Of a stretch of 64,000 nt of DNA, positions 32,001 to 45,024 are shown one piece after another. Each line of letters opens with the position of its first letter. Position 1 is the first letter of the stretch. The notes under the pieces were generated by a model. It was not told where the DNA came from. It was given only the letters and a program-made list of their open reading frames with translations, and did not search any database. Origin of the DNA: Rebecca billardiae RCC1528 (Eukaryota > Protista > Haptophyta). Location of the stretch: positions 744,001-808,000 of the forward strand of contig OZ251235.1 of NCBI GenBank assembly GCA_965240325.2, written 5' to 3'. The translations under genes were made by a program, and so were the position numbers.

Positions 32001-35000
32001 CTAGGTCTCGACCGTCGGCGCGCCGAGCTTGATGCCGCCGCGTGTCGCGGCGATCTCCTCGTCGATGGTGCCCTCGACGAGCAGCCGGTAGATGAGGACC
32101 TTCTTGGTCTGGCCGTACCGCCTGATCCGGCCGATGGCCTGGGTCTCCCACGCCTGTGCGCGCGCGCGCGCACGAGCGGAGTGGCGCGCGCAACTCGGCC
32201 GCCGGGTGAGCGCGCACACACGCCGCGCGGCCGCGCGCGCAGCGGAGGGCAGGCACGGGCCGCGCGCGCCAGCCGCGCACCTGGTACAGGTGGTCCGAGT
32301 CCGCGAGGATCGGGTGCACGAAGAAGGCGTGGTTTGCGATCGTGAGGTTCGCGCCCGCCGCGGACTCGTTGCCGATGTTGAGCAGCAGGCAGGTCGGGCC
32401 GGCGTCGCTGCCCCCGCCCTCGCGCTGGAAGGCGCCGAGCGCGTTGGTCTTCTGGAAGACCGACCCCTTGAGCTGCTGCGCGCTGATGCCGCCGTCGCGC
32501 AGCGCGTGCGCCACCACCTCCATCAGGTCGTCGAACTGCACGAAGACCAAGGCGCGCTCGCCCGCCGGCAGCGACTTGATCGTGCTCACCAGCCGCTTGA
32601 GCTTGGAGCCGAACTCGGGCGCAGCGGCCGCGGCGCGCGCGGCCGCGGCGCCAACCGAGTGCGCCGCGGCCTTGCCGCGCGCGCCGCTGGCCGGCGAGGC
32701 GGCCTTGCTCCGCCCGCCCTTGCTCGGCGTCGGCTTGGCGCTGCCGCTGCCGCCGCCCGCCTTGGCCGCGTCGGCGCCCGCCGCCTCCTCGCCGAGCATC
32801 GTGCACGGCACCACCGAGGAGGGGCGCACCGGTGCCTTGCAGCCCTCGACCGGGCACTCCTGCGGGCGGCGCGGCGCGGTGCGGCGCCGGGCGGTGGCAC
32901 GCGGCGTGAGCCGCGGGCACGGCGGCGGGCACGCTCGGGCGGCGCGCGCCCGTGTGCGCCTCGCGGCGCGTCCGCCGGGGTGCACACACACACGCACACA
33001 CGCGCGCACGCACACACACGCTTTCCGCGCGCGCGCGCGTGCCGCCGTGCGGGCGCGCGCACCTGGATGTTAGCATGGTGGCGCAGCTCACGCAGCGTGC
33101 CGCAGTGGCCGCAGCACGAGAGGATCGCCTCCGGGCGCGGCGCGTCCTTGCGCGAGGCCGGCGCCGCGGCGGGCTGCTGCATGTCGCGCACCGCCTGGAA
33201 GTAGCGCAGCGAGCGCAGCCGGCCGACCAGCTCCTTCGTCACCGCGCGCAGGTGGTCATGTGTGTCTTTGCGCACGTCCCACTTGGCCTCGCGTGTCGCG
33301 TCCTCGTGTGCGGCCGTGCCGCGCGCGAGCTGCTTCTTGAGCTTGGAGGGCTGGCCCTGCACGCCCGACTTCTTGTCCACCTCGCCGCGCACGTACAGCG
33401 TCAGGTCGAGCAGCTTGCGCGCGTGCTTGCCCTGCTTCGCCCGCGCCTGCGCCGCCGCGAGCAGCTCGCGCACCACGCGCGTCGCGTCAGGGTCGCCCAC
33501 GCCCGCCTTGGCGCCCACCTCCGACATCCAGCGCACAAAGTGCTGCGCCGGGTCGAACTGGTCGAGCGCCTGCGCGCGCGCGGCGCGGCGCGCGGGCGCG
33601 GCGGGCGCGGCGCGGCGAGGGGCCGGCAAGCGTGCGTGAGCGGAAGGCAGGCGCGTGCGGCAGGCTGGTGGATGGGCGCGGGGCCGGTCGGGCGCGCGAG
33701 GCTGGGGCGCCGCGCGCGTCGCCCGCGCCGCGCCGGGCGCGCGCGCGCGCGCGCGACGCACCCCCTCCTCGGGCTTGAAGCTCGGATCGAGCTGCTGCAC
33801 CTCGGCGATCTTGACGTAAATCTCGCCGAGCACCGCCTCGAGGTCCGCCTTGCACTCGTCCAGCTGCGCCTGCCGCGTGTCGACGATCGCCTGGCACACC
33901 TGCAGCGCGGAGCGGCCGCCCGCCTCGAGGTCGAAGTGCGCGCACCGCTTGAGCAGCGCCTCCTCCGGCGACTTGGACTTGCCGAGCACCGTGCGCAGCC
34001 GCGCCTCGCGGTCGCCCGAGGTGGCGCCGCCCGAGCGCTTCGACTTCTTCTGCTTCATCTCCATCGCCTGCAGGTGGTGGTCCAGCTCGAGGTAGATGGC
34101 GCGCTCGGCGGGCGTGAGCGTGACGGCGAGCGTGCGCGTCTCGCACGGGATCTCGTCGATCTCCGCGATGTTCTGCCGCACGAAGCGGTCGAGGAAGGCC
34201 TGGGCGAGGCCCTGCCGCCGCGCGTGCCACGCGTGCGTGTGCTTCGTGTTGTAGAACGCGAACGCCTCCGCGCGCGTCTGCTCCGACTTGGCGCAGTCCG
34301 CCGCCTCCGGCTGGCCGAGGTGGACGCCGAGGAAGTCGCCGATCCCCTTGATGTCTTCAAAGTCGCGCACCGGCGGCGTGCCCGAGAGGCACCAGCGCGC
34401 GCTGGTGGAGAGCCCGCTCACGACGACCGCGCGCTCGCGCGAGGTGGGCGGCAGGTAGGTGAACTCGTCCACGACGACGCGCGCCCAGTGGAAGAGCTCG
34501 AACGGCGGCGAGCGCAGGTTGCGCCAGTCGCGCCGCACCGCGGCCGAGCTGAGGCCCCACGGGTCGCCCACGGCCGGCAGCGCGGCGGTCACGCCGCCCT
34601 CGGCGGCGGCGTCGTCGTCGGACGGCTCGGCCGCGTCAGCCGCGCCCTCGTCCTCGAACGCGTCCGCGTCCTCCTCGTCCGCCGCGGCGGCTGCCGTCGC
34701 CTTGCGCTTCCGCCCGCCGCCCGCCGCGCCTCCGCGCGCGCGCTTGGTCGGCGGCGCGCCGCCGGCAGCCGCCTTGGACGGCCCGGCACCGCGCGCGCGG
34801 TTGATGAGCCCGACCTTGTTCTCCTTCTTGCCGCGGCCGCGCTTGCCGCCGACCACGCCCGTCTCGTCGCTGCCGTCGGCCGTGTCGTCGTCCTCCTCCT
34901 CCGCCGCCTCAGCGCCGTCGCCCGCGCCCGCGCCCGCCTTGGCCGCGTCGGCGCGCTTGGTCGCCTCGGCGAGCGCCGCGCCGATCAGCCGCTTTTTCTG

Positions 35001-38000
35001 CTCGATCACGAGCTGCGCGGCTGTTGCGCTCGCCTCCTGCGCCGCGCGCTTGCGTGACTCGGCGACGCGCTTGGCGCCCGCGCCGCCGGTGAGCTCGCGC
35101 ACGCGCTGCTCGAGCCGGCCCACCGCCTGCGCGTAGCTCTGCGCGAAGTAGCGCGAGTGCTTGCCCGAGGCGGCGGACGCGCCGGTGAGCTGCGGCTGGC
35201 CCGCGAGCGACATGAGCCGCTCGTAGTAGTTGTCCGAGCGCAGCACCGACGTCGCGACGATGACCACGTCGACCTCCATCACCTGTCGCGCGGTGATCGA
35301 GCCCAGCGTGCCGACCGTCTTGACCAGCAGCGTCTTGAGCTTCTCGCCCGTGAACTTGCGCACCTCCGACGGCCACTGGTCGAGGAGGTGCGGAGGCGCA
35401 AAGATGAGCGTCGCCTGCGTCGGGATGCGCGGCGCGCCGCCGAGCGCCGCCGCGGCCGCCGCGCTCTCGCCGCCCTTGCGCACCGCCTCGGGCAGCGCGG
35501 CCCACGGCGTGGCGACGCGCCCGGGTGCCGGGGGCACGCGCTGCGCCGCCTTGGCTGCGTCGATCAGCCCGAGCGTGATGGCGGTCTTGCCGTAGCCCAC
35601 CTGGTCGGCGAGCACACCGCCGCGCACGAGCACCGCGCGCTTCGCGCGCGCCTCGAGCCGCCAGCCCATCGCCGGCAGCACGGCCTCCTCGACCTCCTCC
35701 TCGAGGAAGGGCTCGGCGGTCGCCTCCTGCGCGAGCATCCACGACAGCGAGCGCTGCTGCTCGGGGCGCAGCTTGAACTTGACGAAGCTGGGCGGCTGCG
35801 CCGCCTCCGGGTCGCGGCGGTTGGAGGTGAGCTGCAGCGGCGGCAGCGGCGACACCTCGCCCGTGTGCGCGACGACGCGCCAGCCCGCCGAGAAGGCGTG
35901 CGTGCGCTCGGCCTCGGCACGCTGCGCATCCGACGCCATCAGCGCCGGCAGCGCCGCCGCCGCGCGGTGCACGAGCGATGCCGCGTTCACCGCGATGCGC
36001 AGCTCGCCCTCCATGGTGCGCGCAGCGGGCGCGCCGCCGCGCTGGGACGCGGCCGGCGCGCCGCCCGCCGCGTCCGTCGTGCGCAGCTGCACGATGAAGG
36101 CGGAGGGGCGCGACTTGACGGCGCGCTCGTAAGCGGCGGCCTCGCGAGGGTCTTCGATCGGCTCCAGCCGGCCGCCGCCCTTGCGCCGCCAGCGGATGGA
36201 GGGCGGCATCGGCGCGGAGCGCGGGCAGCGCTCAAGCGTGAGCGCCCCGCCCGCGTCTGCCGCCTGCCACTCCGTCAGCGCCTCCGGCAGCTCGATGCGG
36301 CTCGTCAGCCACGCCAGACCTTCGAACTTGAGCGTCGAGCGCTCGAGCGGCAGCGTCACCCAGCCGGCCGCCGCGGCCGCGGCCGCGCCGTCGGCGGCGA
36401 CGGCGGCGGTGCTCGGGGCGGCAGCGGCGGGCACGGGCTTGGGCCACACGGCCGCGCGCGCCGCCGCGCCCGGCGCCGAGGACGCCGCGCCGTCGGCGCG
36501 CTCCTCCGCGGCCAAGCGCACGTCGGCATCCGGCAGCGGCGCGCGCGCGCGCACGATCACGGGCGCGCGCTTGTACGCGCCGCCACCCAGCGGGATCGGC
36601 TCGGCCGCGATCGTCGGCCGGCTGGCGACGGTGGCGCCGGCAACGGCGGTGGCGGCCAGCACGGCACTCGGCGCCGCCACCCACCGCCCGCGCATCTCGC
36701 ACGCGACGACGGTGGGCTTCGAGCCGTCGTCGGGCCGCCAGGCCGCGTCAAGCCGCGCGAGCGCCTCGCGCGCCTCGCCGTACCCGAGCCGCGCGTGCTC
36801 GTGCGCGAAGACGAACGCGTCGGTGGTGCGCGAGCCGACCGAGGTCTGCTCGAGGAAGAGGAAGGTCTCGCGCGCGGGCGAGCTCTCGGGCGCAGCGGCC
36901 GCCGCCGCCGCCGCCGCCTTTGCCGCCGCGCCTCGGCCCTTGGTCGGCGTGCTGGACGGGGTGCGCTTGCCGCCGCGGCTGCTGCTGCCCGCAGTCGCGG
37001 CCGCGCCCGCGCCCTCGCGCTTGTGCAGCGAGCCCATGGCGCCGTCGCACTTGTCGAGCCAGCGGTACACACCGCCGATCGCCGGCGCGGGCTCATCCAC
37101 GACCTTGCTCTCGTCCTCGCTGTCCGCGACGGGCGACTCGGCGGCGCCGCCGCCGATGGCCGAGGAGACGCGCCACGACGGCGCCACGGCGCGCACATCG
37201 CCGCTCACGCGCAGCTCGTAGCGGTCGAAGCGCTTCTTGACGGCGAAGCCGTGCGAGGGGCCGCGCTCGGCCATCTTGTCGCGCATGCCGACGGGTAGCG
37301 CCACCGGATCCTGCAGGCCGATGCGCGCCTCCCACGTGTCGACGAGGTCACCGACGCCGCGGATGGTCACCTCCGTCCGCCGCACCGCCGGCGTGTTGAT
37401 CTCCCAGCCGCCGAGCAGGCCGTCGGCGCTGCTGCCGAGCACGCTCGTGACTGCCTTGGGGTCGAGGAAGCAGCGCGCCACAGGCAGCGCGAACACCTTG
37501 GCGAGCATCTCGCCCGGCGTCTGCCCCGTGACCGCCGCCGGCCCGCCGGGCAGGTTTGAGACGAGCGAGGCGGTGGTGAGCTGCTTGCCGAGCGCCGCCG
37601 GCTGCGACGCCGACGGCTGCTTGGCCACGGCAGCCGGCTGGCGCGAGCCGGCGCGAGAGCCGCCGCCGCGGCTCGACGAGGGCGTGGGCGGCGCGCTGTT
37701 CTTGGGCGAGGCCACGCTGCGCTTGGGCGAGGGCTTGGGCGAGCTGCCGCGCTTGGGCGACGGCTGCGGCGCCGCGCCCGGCGCCGCGGCAGCCGCGTCG
37801 TCCGCCGCCGCCAGCTCAGCCGCGCTCGGCACGCCGCCGAGCTCGTTGGCGCGCGCGCACGCGGCGCGCACGGCGCGGTCGGCGAGCTGCAGCCGCCACT
37901 CAGCGCACTCGGCCGCGCCGCCACCGAGCAGGCGCAGCGTGAGCGTCGCCGCCTCGCACGTGAACGTCGCCGTCCACGCGCGGCCACGGTGCAGCGCGCG

Positions 38001-40722
38001 GAAGCACAGCTCGGCGCCGTGCACGGCGGCGCTCACCGCCTCGGCCCACGCCTCCCAGACCGCGTCCGCGATGGCGGCGGGGCGGAGCGCGTCGAGGGCG
38101 GCGCGGTCGAAGCCCGTGAGGCGCACGCGCATGGGCAGCGCCTTGCGCAGCTGCGCGCCGAACGCACGCGGGTGCGTGCGCGCCACGCCGTTGAAGGTGT
38201 TCGGCGCGAGCTCGTCAAAGCAGTGCTCCGGCCGCCCGGCCGCGCCGAGCGACACGGTGTGGCCGCACTCGCGGCAGCACTTGATGCAGCGGACCAAGTC
38301 CGCGGCGCCCTCGGAGAGGCAGAGGCGCGCAGAGGTGGCCGCGCCGCTGATGAGCGCAGCCACCGAGCCCGCGCCGCCCTGCTCGAGGCCGAGCGAGAGC
38401 GGGGCGCACACGAGCGTGTGCTCGCCGACGACCTCGACATCGCCGTCGCACCGCTGCGCAGCCGCGGCCGCAGCGCCCACCGTGCGCTGCTCCTGCTGCT
38501 GCTGCTGCTCGGTGGTGGCGTTGGCGGCGGCGGCGGCCGAGGCGAGATCGGCACCGACCGCGCGACCGCGAGGCGCGCGGGGCGTACCCGCGCGCGAGCC
38601 CGCGCGCGAGCCCGCGCGCGAGCCCGCGCGCGAGCCCGCGGCGGGCGCGAGCGGCTGCGCGCCGTCCGGAGCGGCCGCGCCGGCCGGCGCCATGTTGCGC
38701 GCGTTGAGCGCGTCGAGGGCGTGGACGAGCGCGGAGGCGATCGTCGTGCCGACGACCGTCGTCGTCATCGCGTTGCCCGCGAGGTCGGCCATCTGCTCCT
38801 CCGACTCCTTCGTGAGCAGGAGGTCGTCCACCGGGATGCCCTGCAGGGACAGCGCCTCGACGCCGATCAGCGGGCCGCCGCGCGAGGTGACGAACGGCAC
38901 CATCGAGGGCGTGAGGCACGGGCAGATGCCCGCGCGCGTGCCCGAGGTGTTGCGGTCGACGTTCTGCGACAGGTTCCACACGAGCGTCTTGAACTTGGCG
39001 TCGACCGAGCGGTTCGCCACCTCGCGCAGGTAGTCGATGTCGATCAGGTCGAGCACACGCTCCGTCTGAGCGTTGCCCCAGTCGTTCCACGCGTAGTCGG
39101 GCAGGTGGCACGCGCCGCCGTCGCGCCAGTCGGTGTACGGCCGCTTGTGCCCGAGCTGCTCGTCCGTGCGGCAGCGCTGGTGGCGCGCCTCGCACTTGGC
39201 CCAGTCCGTCACCACGTCGGCCTTCTGCTTGCGCTGCGAGAGGCGGCGGCGCGCCTCCATCACGCGCGCGTCGTCGTGCGGCAGCAGGAACGCCTCGAGC
39301 GAGGAGGAGGCGGGGCGCTCGAGCTGGCGCACGTGCTGGAAGATGGTGCGCGGCAGCTCGACGTCGGCGTTGTCCTTCGCGCGGGTCGCCACGAGGTACA
39401 CGCGCGTGCGCGTGTGCGGGATGTAGTACTGCTTGGTGTCGACGCGCATGTACGCGCAGTTGTACCCAAGCGGGATGAGCTTCTTCGTGCACACCTGCTC
39501 CCACGGCGCGGAGCACACGTTCTCGAGGATGACGATGGGGGGCTGGTGCTTCTCGATCCACTTCTGCATGCCGCGGAACGTCTGCCCGGACTCGCCGCCG
39601 TCGTCGAGGCCCTTGTTCTTGTTGTTCAGGTTGCTGCTCGAGGCCGCGGCGCCGCCAGAGTTGGGCACGGTCGCGAGCCGCAGCCGCGGCCGCGGGCGCG
39701 CGCGCGCGCGGGAGAGCGCGCGCGGTGTGAGCACGCCGCGCGCCGGGCGCGCGCGCGCGCCGGCCACGCGCCTCGCACACGCTCGCGCGCGCCGGCGCGT
39801 GCACGCACGAGTAATCCACGCACGAGGTGCCGGCGATCAGCATGTCGACGTCACCCGGCACGTCCGTGAGTGCGCCGTACGCGGTCGTCGCCTGCTCGCC
39901 GTCGAGCTCGCGGATGTCGCGGAAGAGGATGGGCGGCGAGAAGTTGCGCTCGATGTAGGCCTGCTTGAAGGGCTCGATCTCGCACGAGAAGACGTGCTCC
40001 CACCGCAGCGCCGTGCCGTGCTGCACGCGGCACGCCTCCGACATCATCTCGAGCGCGAGCAGCGGCGACTCGGTGCCCGAGCACATCGTCGCGACGCGCA
40101 GCGGGCGCTTCCAGCGCGCGGTCGACTCGGCGACCTGCTTGAACGAGTCGCCGAGGTTGCGCACGATGTCCGCGAACATGTCGTGCGGCGAGACGATCAC
40201 GGGCAGCTCGGCGAGCTGCTGCTCGCTGTAGCGCGACTTGCCGCCTGACACGCAGTGCGCGTTCTTCTCCTTCGGATCGGCCGACGTGGCGGACTCGCGC
40301 GCGGAGCGCTCGGCAGCCCGGCGGTCGGCCTTCTGCCGGAGCACCTCCTCCTGCGACGGCTTCGCCCGCTTCGCCTTGCGCGCCGCCGGCTGCGCCTTGG
40401 CACCGCGCGCGCCGGCGCGCCCGCGCGCGCGCATGCGCGACGAATCCAGGTCGAAGTCGTCGTCCTCGTCGGCTTCCATGGCGCTGCCGTCTTTGCTCGG
40501 CGGCGTCACGTTCTCGTAGTCCTCGTCGTCCTCATCCCCGGCCGAGCGGCCGCCTTTCGACCGGCCGCGCCCCGCGCGCGCCTCGGGCGTGCCGTGCCCC
40601 TTGGAGCGCGCGAGCGCGAGCTCGTCGCCCTCGAGGCTGTCGACGAGCGGGTCGTCGTCCATGCGCTTGAAGGCCTCCTCGGCCTTGGTCGCCGCGCCCC
40701 TTTTCGGGCTGTCGCGCACCAT
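32001..40722 (-). CDS. DNMT5: DNMT5: C5-cytosine DNA methyltransferase fused to SNF2 ATPase (~2670 aa; introns 39634-39808, 33570-33761, 32860-33062, 32154-32280)
   Basis: MTase motifs ATMCSGTESP, FSCEIEPFKQAYIERNF, AGTSCVDYSNLN, ILENV, PHTRTRVY and DLAGNAM; SNF2 motifs GGVLADQVGYGKT, VVVDEFTY, LSGTPP, GANLT and QAIGRIRRYGQ. The spliced length of 8025 nt is divisible by 3. Confidence 0.95.
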
Positions 40723-40842
40723 CTCGGCCCGAGCCTGCTTCGCAGCCTCACAGAGCCGCTCGCGGGGTGCGCCCCGGTGGTGCTCAAGCCCCAGCCCCGC
40801 AGCTACTCTGCGCGAGCCCTCGCGCGCACGCGCAGCTCGAGC

Positions 40843-40870
40843 GCGCGAAATAGTCGCGCCAAGGCGCGAA
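40843..40870. promoter_or_regulatory. E2F-like site(s) in the DNMT5/GHITM divergent promoter
   Basis: gcgcgaaa at 40843-40850 (TTTCGCGC on the minus strand), plus the adjacent tcgcgccaa and ggcgcgaa. Confidence 0.35.
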
Positions 40871-41063
40871 GCGCCACTGGTCGTCACACCCGAGCTGTGG
40901 CCAACGGCTCGGGCAAAATGAGTCCGGCTCAGTTCGGGGCGGGTTGGTGAAGAACCGTCCGTGGCAGCGGAGAGCTCCGGACTGCTTTGAGCTTGCATCT
41001 GGCCTCCATCGATCTCACGCGTCTCGACTGCAGGCGGCCCGGTCGCGCCCAGCGGCAGGGAGC

Positions 41064-42205
41064 ATGTTGTGCACGCGCGCGCTCGGCCGCACGTCCGCCG
41101 TGCGCGGCGGCGCATGGCCGCGAGCGCTGGGCCTCGGCGCGCGCTCGTTCGCCTCGTCTGCGGGCCCGCGCCCGCCCACGCTCTTCTCGTCCGCGCAGCC
41201 GCAGCGCGGCCTCGCCTTCAAGCCGCGCGAGGGCCGCTCGACCAAGGTGAAGGTCGACGTCAAGGAGAAGGACGCGCCCACCGAGTGGTGGCAGTCGGAG
41301 CAGGCGTCGTCGCAGAGCGCGTCCTCAGCGCAGCAGCAGCAGCAGCAGCAGTCGTACGAGCTCTACCAGCAGCAGCGCACGCAGCAGTACGCGGGCTCGT
41401 CGCAGTACGACGCGGTGACCAAAGGTGTCGCCGACCACCTGCGCAAGGTGTACGCGACGCTGTGCGCGGGGATCGGCGTGGCCGCGGGCGCGTCGATGTT
41501 CTCGATGGCGACCGGGCTCGCGAGCATGGTGCCGCCCATCGTGCCCGGCCTGCTCGCCCTCGCGCCGATGATCTACCTCGTCTCGTTCACGAACAAATTT
41601 GTGCGGCGCTCGGCGCCACGCCTCCGCGCCACGCGCACCGACTGCCGGCCGACCGAGGGTCCGCGCCGCCGCTGCGCCCGCTCACACGCGCGACCGGCCT
41701 TGCCCACGCCCGAAATCCCGCCGCGCAGACGCACAGCGCTGAGTTCCGAACGGCACTCTTCGCGTCGTTCACCGCGCTCTCTGGACTCGCCATCGCGCCG
41801 CTGCTCAAAATGTTCCTCGCCATCAACCCGACCGCCATCCCGCTCGCGCTCGGCGCGACGGCCGGGCTGTTTGGCGTGATGACTGTGCTCGCGATGATGG
41901 CCCCGCGCGGCGCGATGCTCAACTGGGGCGTGCCGCTCGGCGGCGGGATGATCGTGCTGCTGCTGCTCGGCGTCGGGGGCATGTTCGTCCCTGCGACCTC
42001 GGCGTGGGCACCGCTACTGCACAACATCATGCTGTATGGCGGGCTGGGGCTCTTCACGATCTACATCGCGTACGACACGCAGACCATGGTCGCCGAGTAC
42101 GAGATGGGCGAGGACGACCACCTGCGGCACGCGATCAACCTCTTCATCAACTTCCAGGCGATCTTCACGCGGCTGCTCATGATTCTGGGCATGCGAAACG
42201 ACTAG
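41064..42205 (+). CDS. GHITM: Bax inhibitor-1 family mitochondrial protein (GHITM/TMBIM5-like); intron 41601-41728
   Basis: Mitochondrial presequence, HLRKVYATL, LYGGLGLF..YIAYDTQ and AINLFINF..IF.RLL.IL. Confidence 0.8.
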
Positions 42206-42617
42206 AGCGCGCGGCCTGCCCATGCGAATGGCAGCAGGCTGCGCAGCTGCTGCTGAGGCGCTGTCGTCCGCCTGCTCCGATGCTCGTAGCTAGTGGGCGC
42301 AACGGCAGAACTGCTCGGCGAATGTGCACTGTAGGCGCCGTGTCGGCGAACACGACCGACGGTCGGTTACTACGGCACTGTCACTATGCCAGGCCTAGCT
42401 ATAGCAAGTACGCCGCGTCGTAGTAGTATACGCGGGGTACAGACAGTCAAGCGGCCCAGGGCAGCAGGGCCCGAGGGCCGACACGGCGACACGGTGACCC
42501 GCGCCCGCGGGTCCGACGGCGACGGCTGATGGCGGCATGGCACATGGCGCATTGCAGCGGGCCGCGGCTCAATGCGGGGATGATGATGCTCATTGGCATC
42601 GATCGCGTAGGGAAGCA

Positions 42618-43121
42618 TCACGATGCATGCGTACCGCCCGATGAGCTTAGCTGTTCTAGTCGAGCAAGCACCTGCTTCCTTCGAGCCCGGACGATATCAC
42701 GGGCGCCGTCGTCGATACCCGAGAGCTCAATGGCATCAAGCTTGAGCATCTGTTTCGTCACCTCCTCCGCATGCAGCGCGCTGCCATCCTGCTTGCTCTC
42801 GAGTGCATCGACCTCGAGCGCGATAGCGTGGATGGATGCCAGTGATTCGCGGGCGCTCGGGAGCACACTGAGCATCATCTTGTCGCGCTGGCGAATGCCG
42901 CTGTCGTGCAGCGTGACGTCCAGATCACCGATCTTTTTACCGCGGATGATGGCTGGCCCAAAGAGATGCTCCGCGCCGTCGACACCTTGGAAACCGTCGG
43001 CGGCAGCGAGCTCGAGCTTCACGTCACGCAGGCGCGCGTTCTCTGGAAGAGTCATCTCCACCCTCTTCCCATCGAGCACGACAAGAAATGTGATCGTCGT
43101 CTCTCCGGTCGCCGCCGCCAT
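42618..43121 (-). CDS. BAG-family co-chaperone (ubiquitin-like + BAG domain)
   Basis: UBL segment (LRDVKLELA...IIRGKK) followed by EEVTKQMLKLDAIE...VRARRKQVL. Confidence 0.8.
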   Translation of the reverse strand: MAAATGETTITFLVVLDGKRVEMTLPENARLRDVKLELAAADGFQGVDGAEHLFGPAIIRGKKIGDLDVTLHDSGIRQRDKMMLSVLPSARESLASIHAIALEVDALESKQDGSALHAEEVTKQMLKLDAIELSGIDDGARDIVRARRKQVLARLEQLSSSGGTHAS

Positions 43122-43240
43122 CGTGAGTTCGTGACGTCGATGCGCCCGGCTGCGGAGGCCCGGCTGCGAGCTGAGCAGAATTCTGTTTCGCGCCGGTCAT
43201 TCGCCGAGCGGCCAGCTCGCGCGGCGGCACTGTCTTGGCC

Positions 43241-44988
43241 ATGACGGCCAGCGACGCGCTGTACCTCTCGCTCGCGTCGCTCGTCGACAAGGATGGCGTC
43301 GGCGCTGTGCCGCGTGAGCAATTCGCCCGCGCCGCGCGCGCTCTCGGCGTCACCGTCCCCGACGAGCACATGGAGCACCTCGCGCGAACGCGAGACCCTC
43401 ACTCTGCGGGCATGCTCGACTTCTCGGACGTGTCCGCGTTCGGGCTTCTGAGCGGCCCGCAGATCGAGCCAGTGCTCCGGCTCCTCGCGCAGGCGCTGAT
43501 CGAGACGACTGAGGCGCGCCGCGCGGCCGACGCGCACGTCGCGCAGCTCCTCGAGTGGCGCGAGCGCGAGCTCGCGCGCCAGCGCCGGCGCGCGATCGCC
43601 GAGCACCGGCAGCGCGCGCTGGGCAAGGTGATGGACGGGTGGACGCGGGTGTTCCGGCACCAGCAGCTGGTGTCGCGCAAGGTGATGCGCATGGCGCACA
43701 AGCGCTCGTTCCTCGTCGCGCTCAAGACCTTCGGCGCGTGGCGCTACCTCCGCACCAACCGCGAGGCGCTGATGCAGGGCACGCTCGAGAAGCTCATGCT
43801 GGACGAGGCGCAGCGGGTGCAGCACCGGTACCTGCTCGGTTGGAGGGAGCAGGTGACGCACCCGCTCTTCGACGTCGAGGCGTACCGCAACATCGGCCCG
43901 CAGGTCAACGTGTGGACGGCCGTCCTCGGCGCGGACATCGAGTACTGGAGGCGCAAGGCGCAGCGCAAGGCGCTGGCGACCCTCCGCCGCGAGGGCCCGC
44001 GCGTGCTCCGCGAGCGCCGCCGGGGGCTGCGCGCGGTGTACTGGCGGGGCTTCAGCACGTGGGCGCACCGCGCGCGGCTGCACAAGGAGGGCAGGCTCCT
44101 CATCACCGCCTTCCGCTACCCCGCCGAGTTCTCGCGCGCGCGCCGCGGCCTGTGGGCCTTCAAGGGTCCGTACCGCTCGCGCGTGCGGCTGCAGCGCCTC
44201 TCGCGCTTCCACCTGACCGCGCTCCCGCGCACGCGGCTGGGCAAGTGCCACCACTGGTGGGCGCAGACGTGGCGCGCGAGGGACTTTGTCGACGGCGTGC
44301 TCCGCCGCCTCATCGCCACGATCGCGCTCGGCGCCGGCCGCCGGCTGCTGCGCCGCTGGGCGGAGCGGGTCCCAGGGTCGCTCCTGCTGATGCGCGCGCG
44401 CGCGCTGCGCCGGTGTGTGAGCTCGGCGGAGGAGCAGGAGCTGCCCGACGTGCTGCGCGCGTGGATGGGCGCGTGCCGCGCTGCCCGGCTCGAGGCGCCG
44501 CGCAAGCTCGAGCACCGATACGCCGTCGCGCGCCGCGTGTTCGACGCGCTGCGCGCGCCCGCGCTCGCGCGGCGCGTGCGACATGGCCTGGCCGCGGCCG
44601 CCGCGAGGCGCAAGCTGTACGCGCCCGTGCGCGTGTGCTGGGGCGGGCTGCGGCTGCACGTGGCGCGGCACGCGCGCAAGCGCCTCGCGCTCGAGCACCG
44701 CCGCGCGCGGCTCCAGACGCGCGTGCTCCTCGCGTGGGCAAACCTCTTCTCGCGCCACTTCCGCGGCAACGCGGACGAGCGCCTCTGGCTGCTGGAGGAG
44801 AGGCTGCGGATGCTGATGACGACCAAGGCGGACAAGCCGCGGTTCACGGAGCTGCAGAAGCAGTACGACGCGCAGCGCGAGACGCTCACCGGGCTGCTCG
44901 AGCAGCTCGTCCGGCTGCGCGAGCACATCGAGCCCGGCGCGGCCGACGCGAGGGGGGCGGCGGGCGGCGCGGCGCGTGCAGGCGCGCT

Positions 44989-45024
<36 letters not shown>

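Noticed and set aside
38586-38640. 12-bp repeat (AGSR x4) in DNMT5, and poly-Q/poly-G runs in several genes
   Set aside because: Ordinary low-complexity coding slippage in linker regions.
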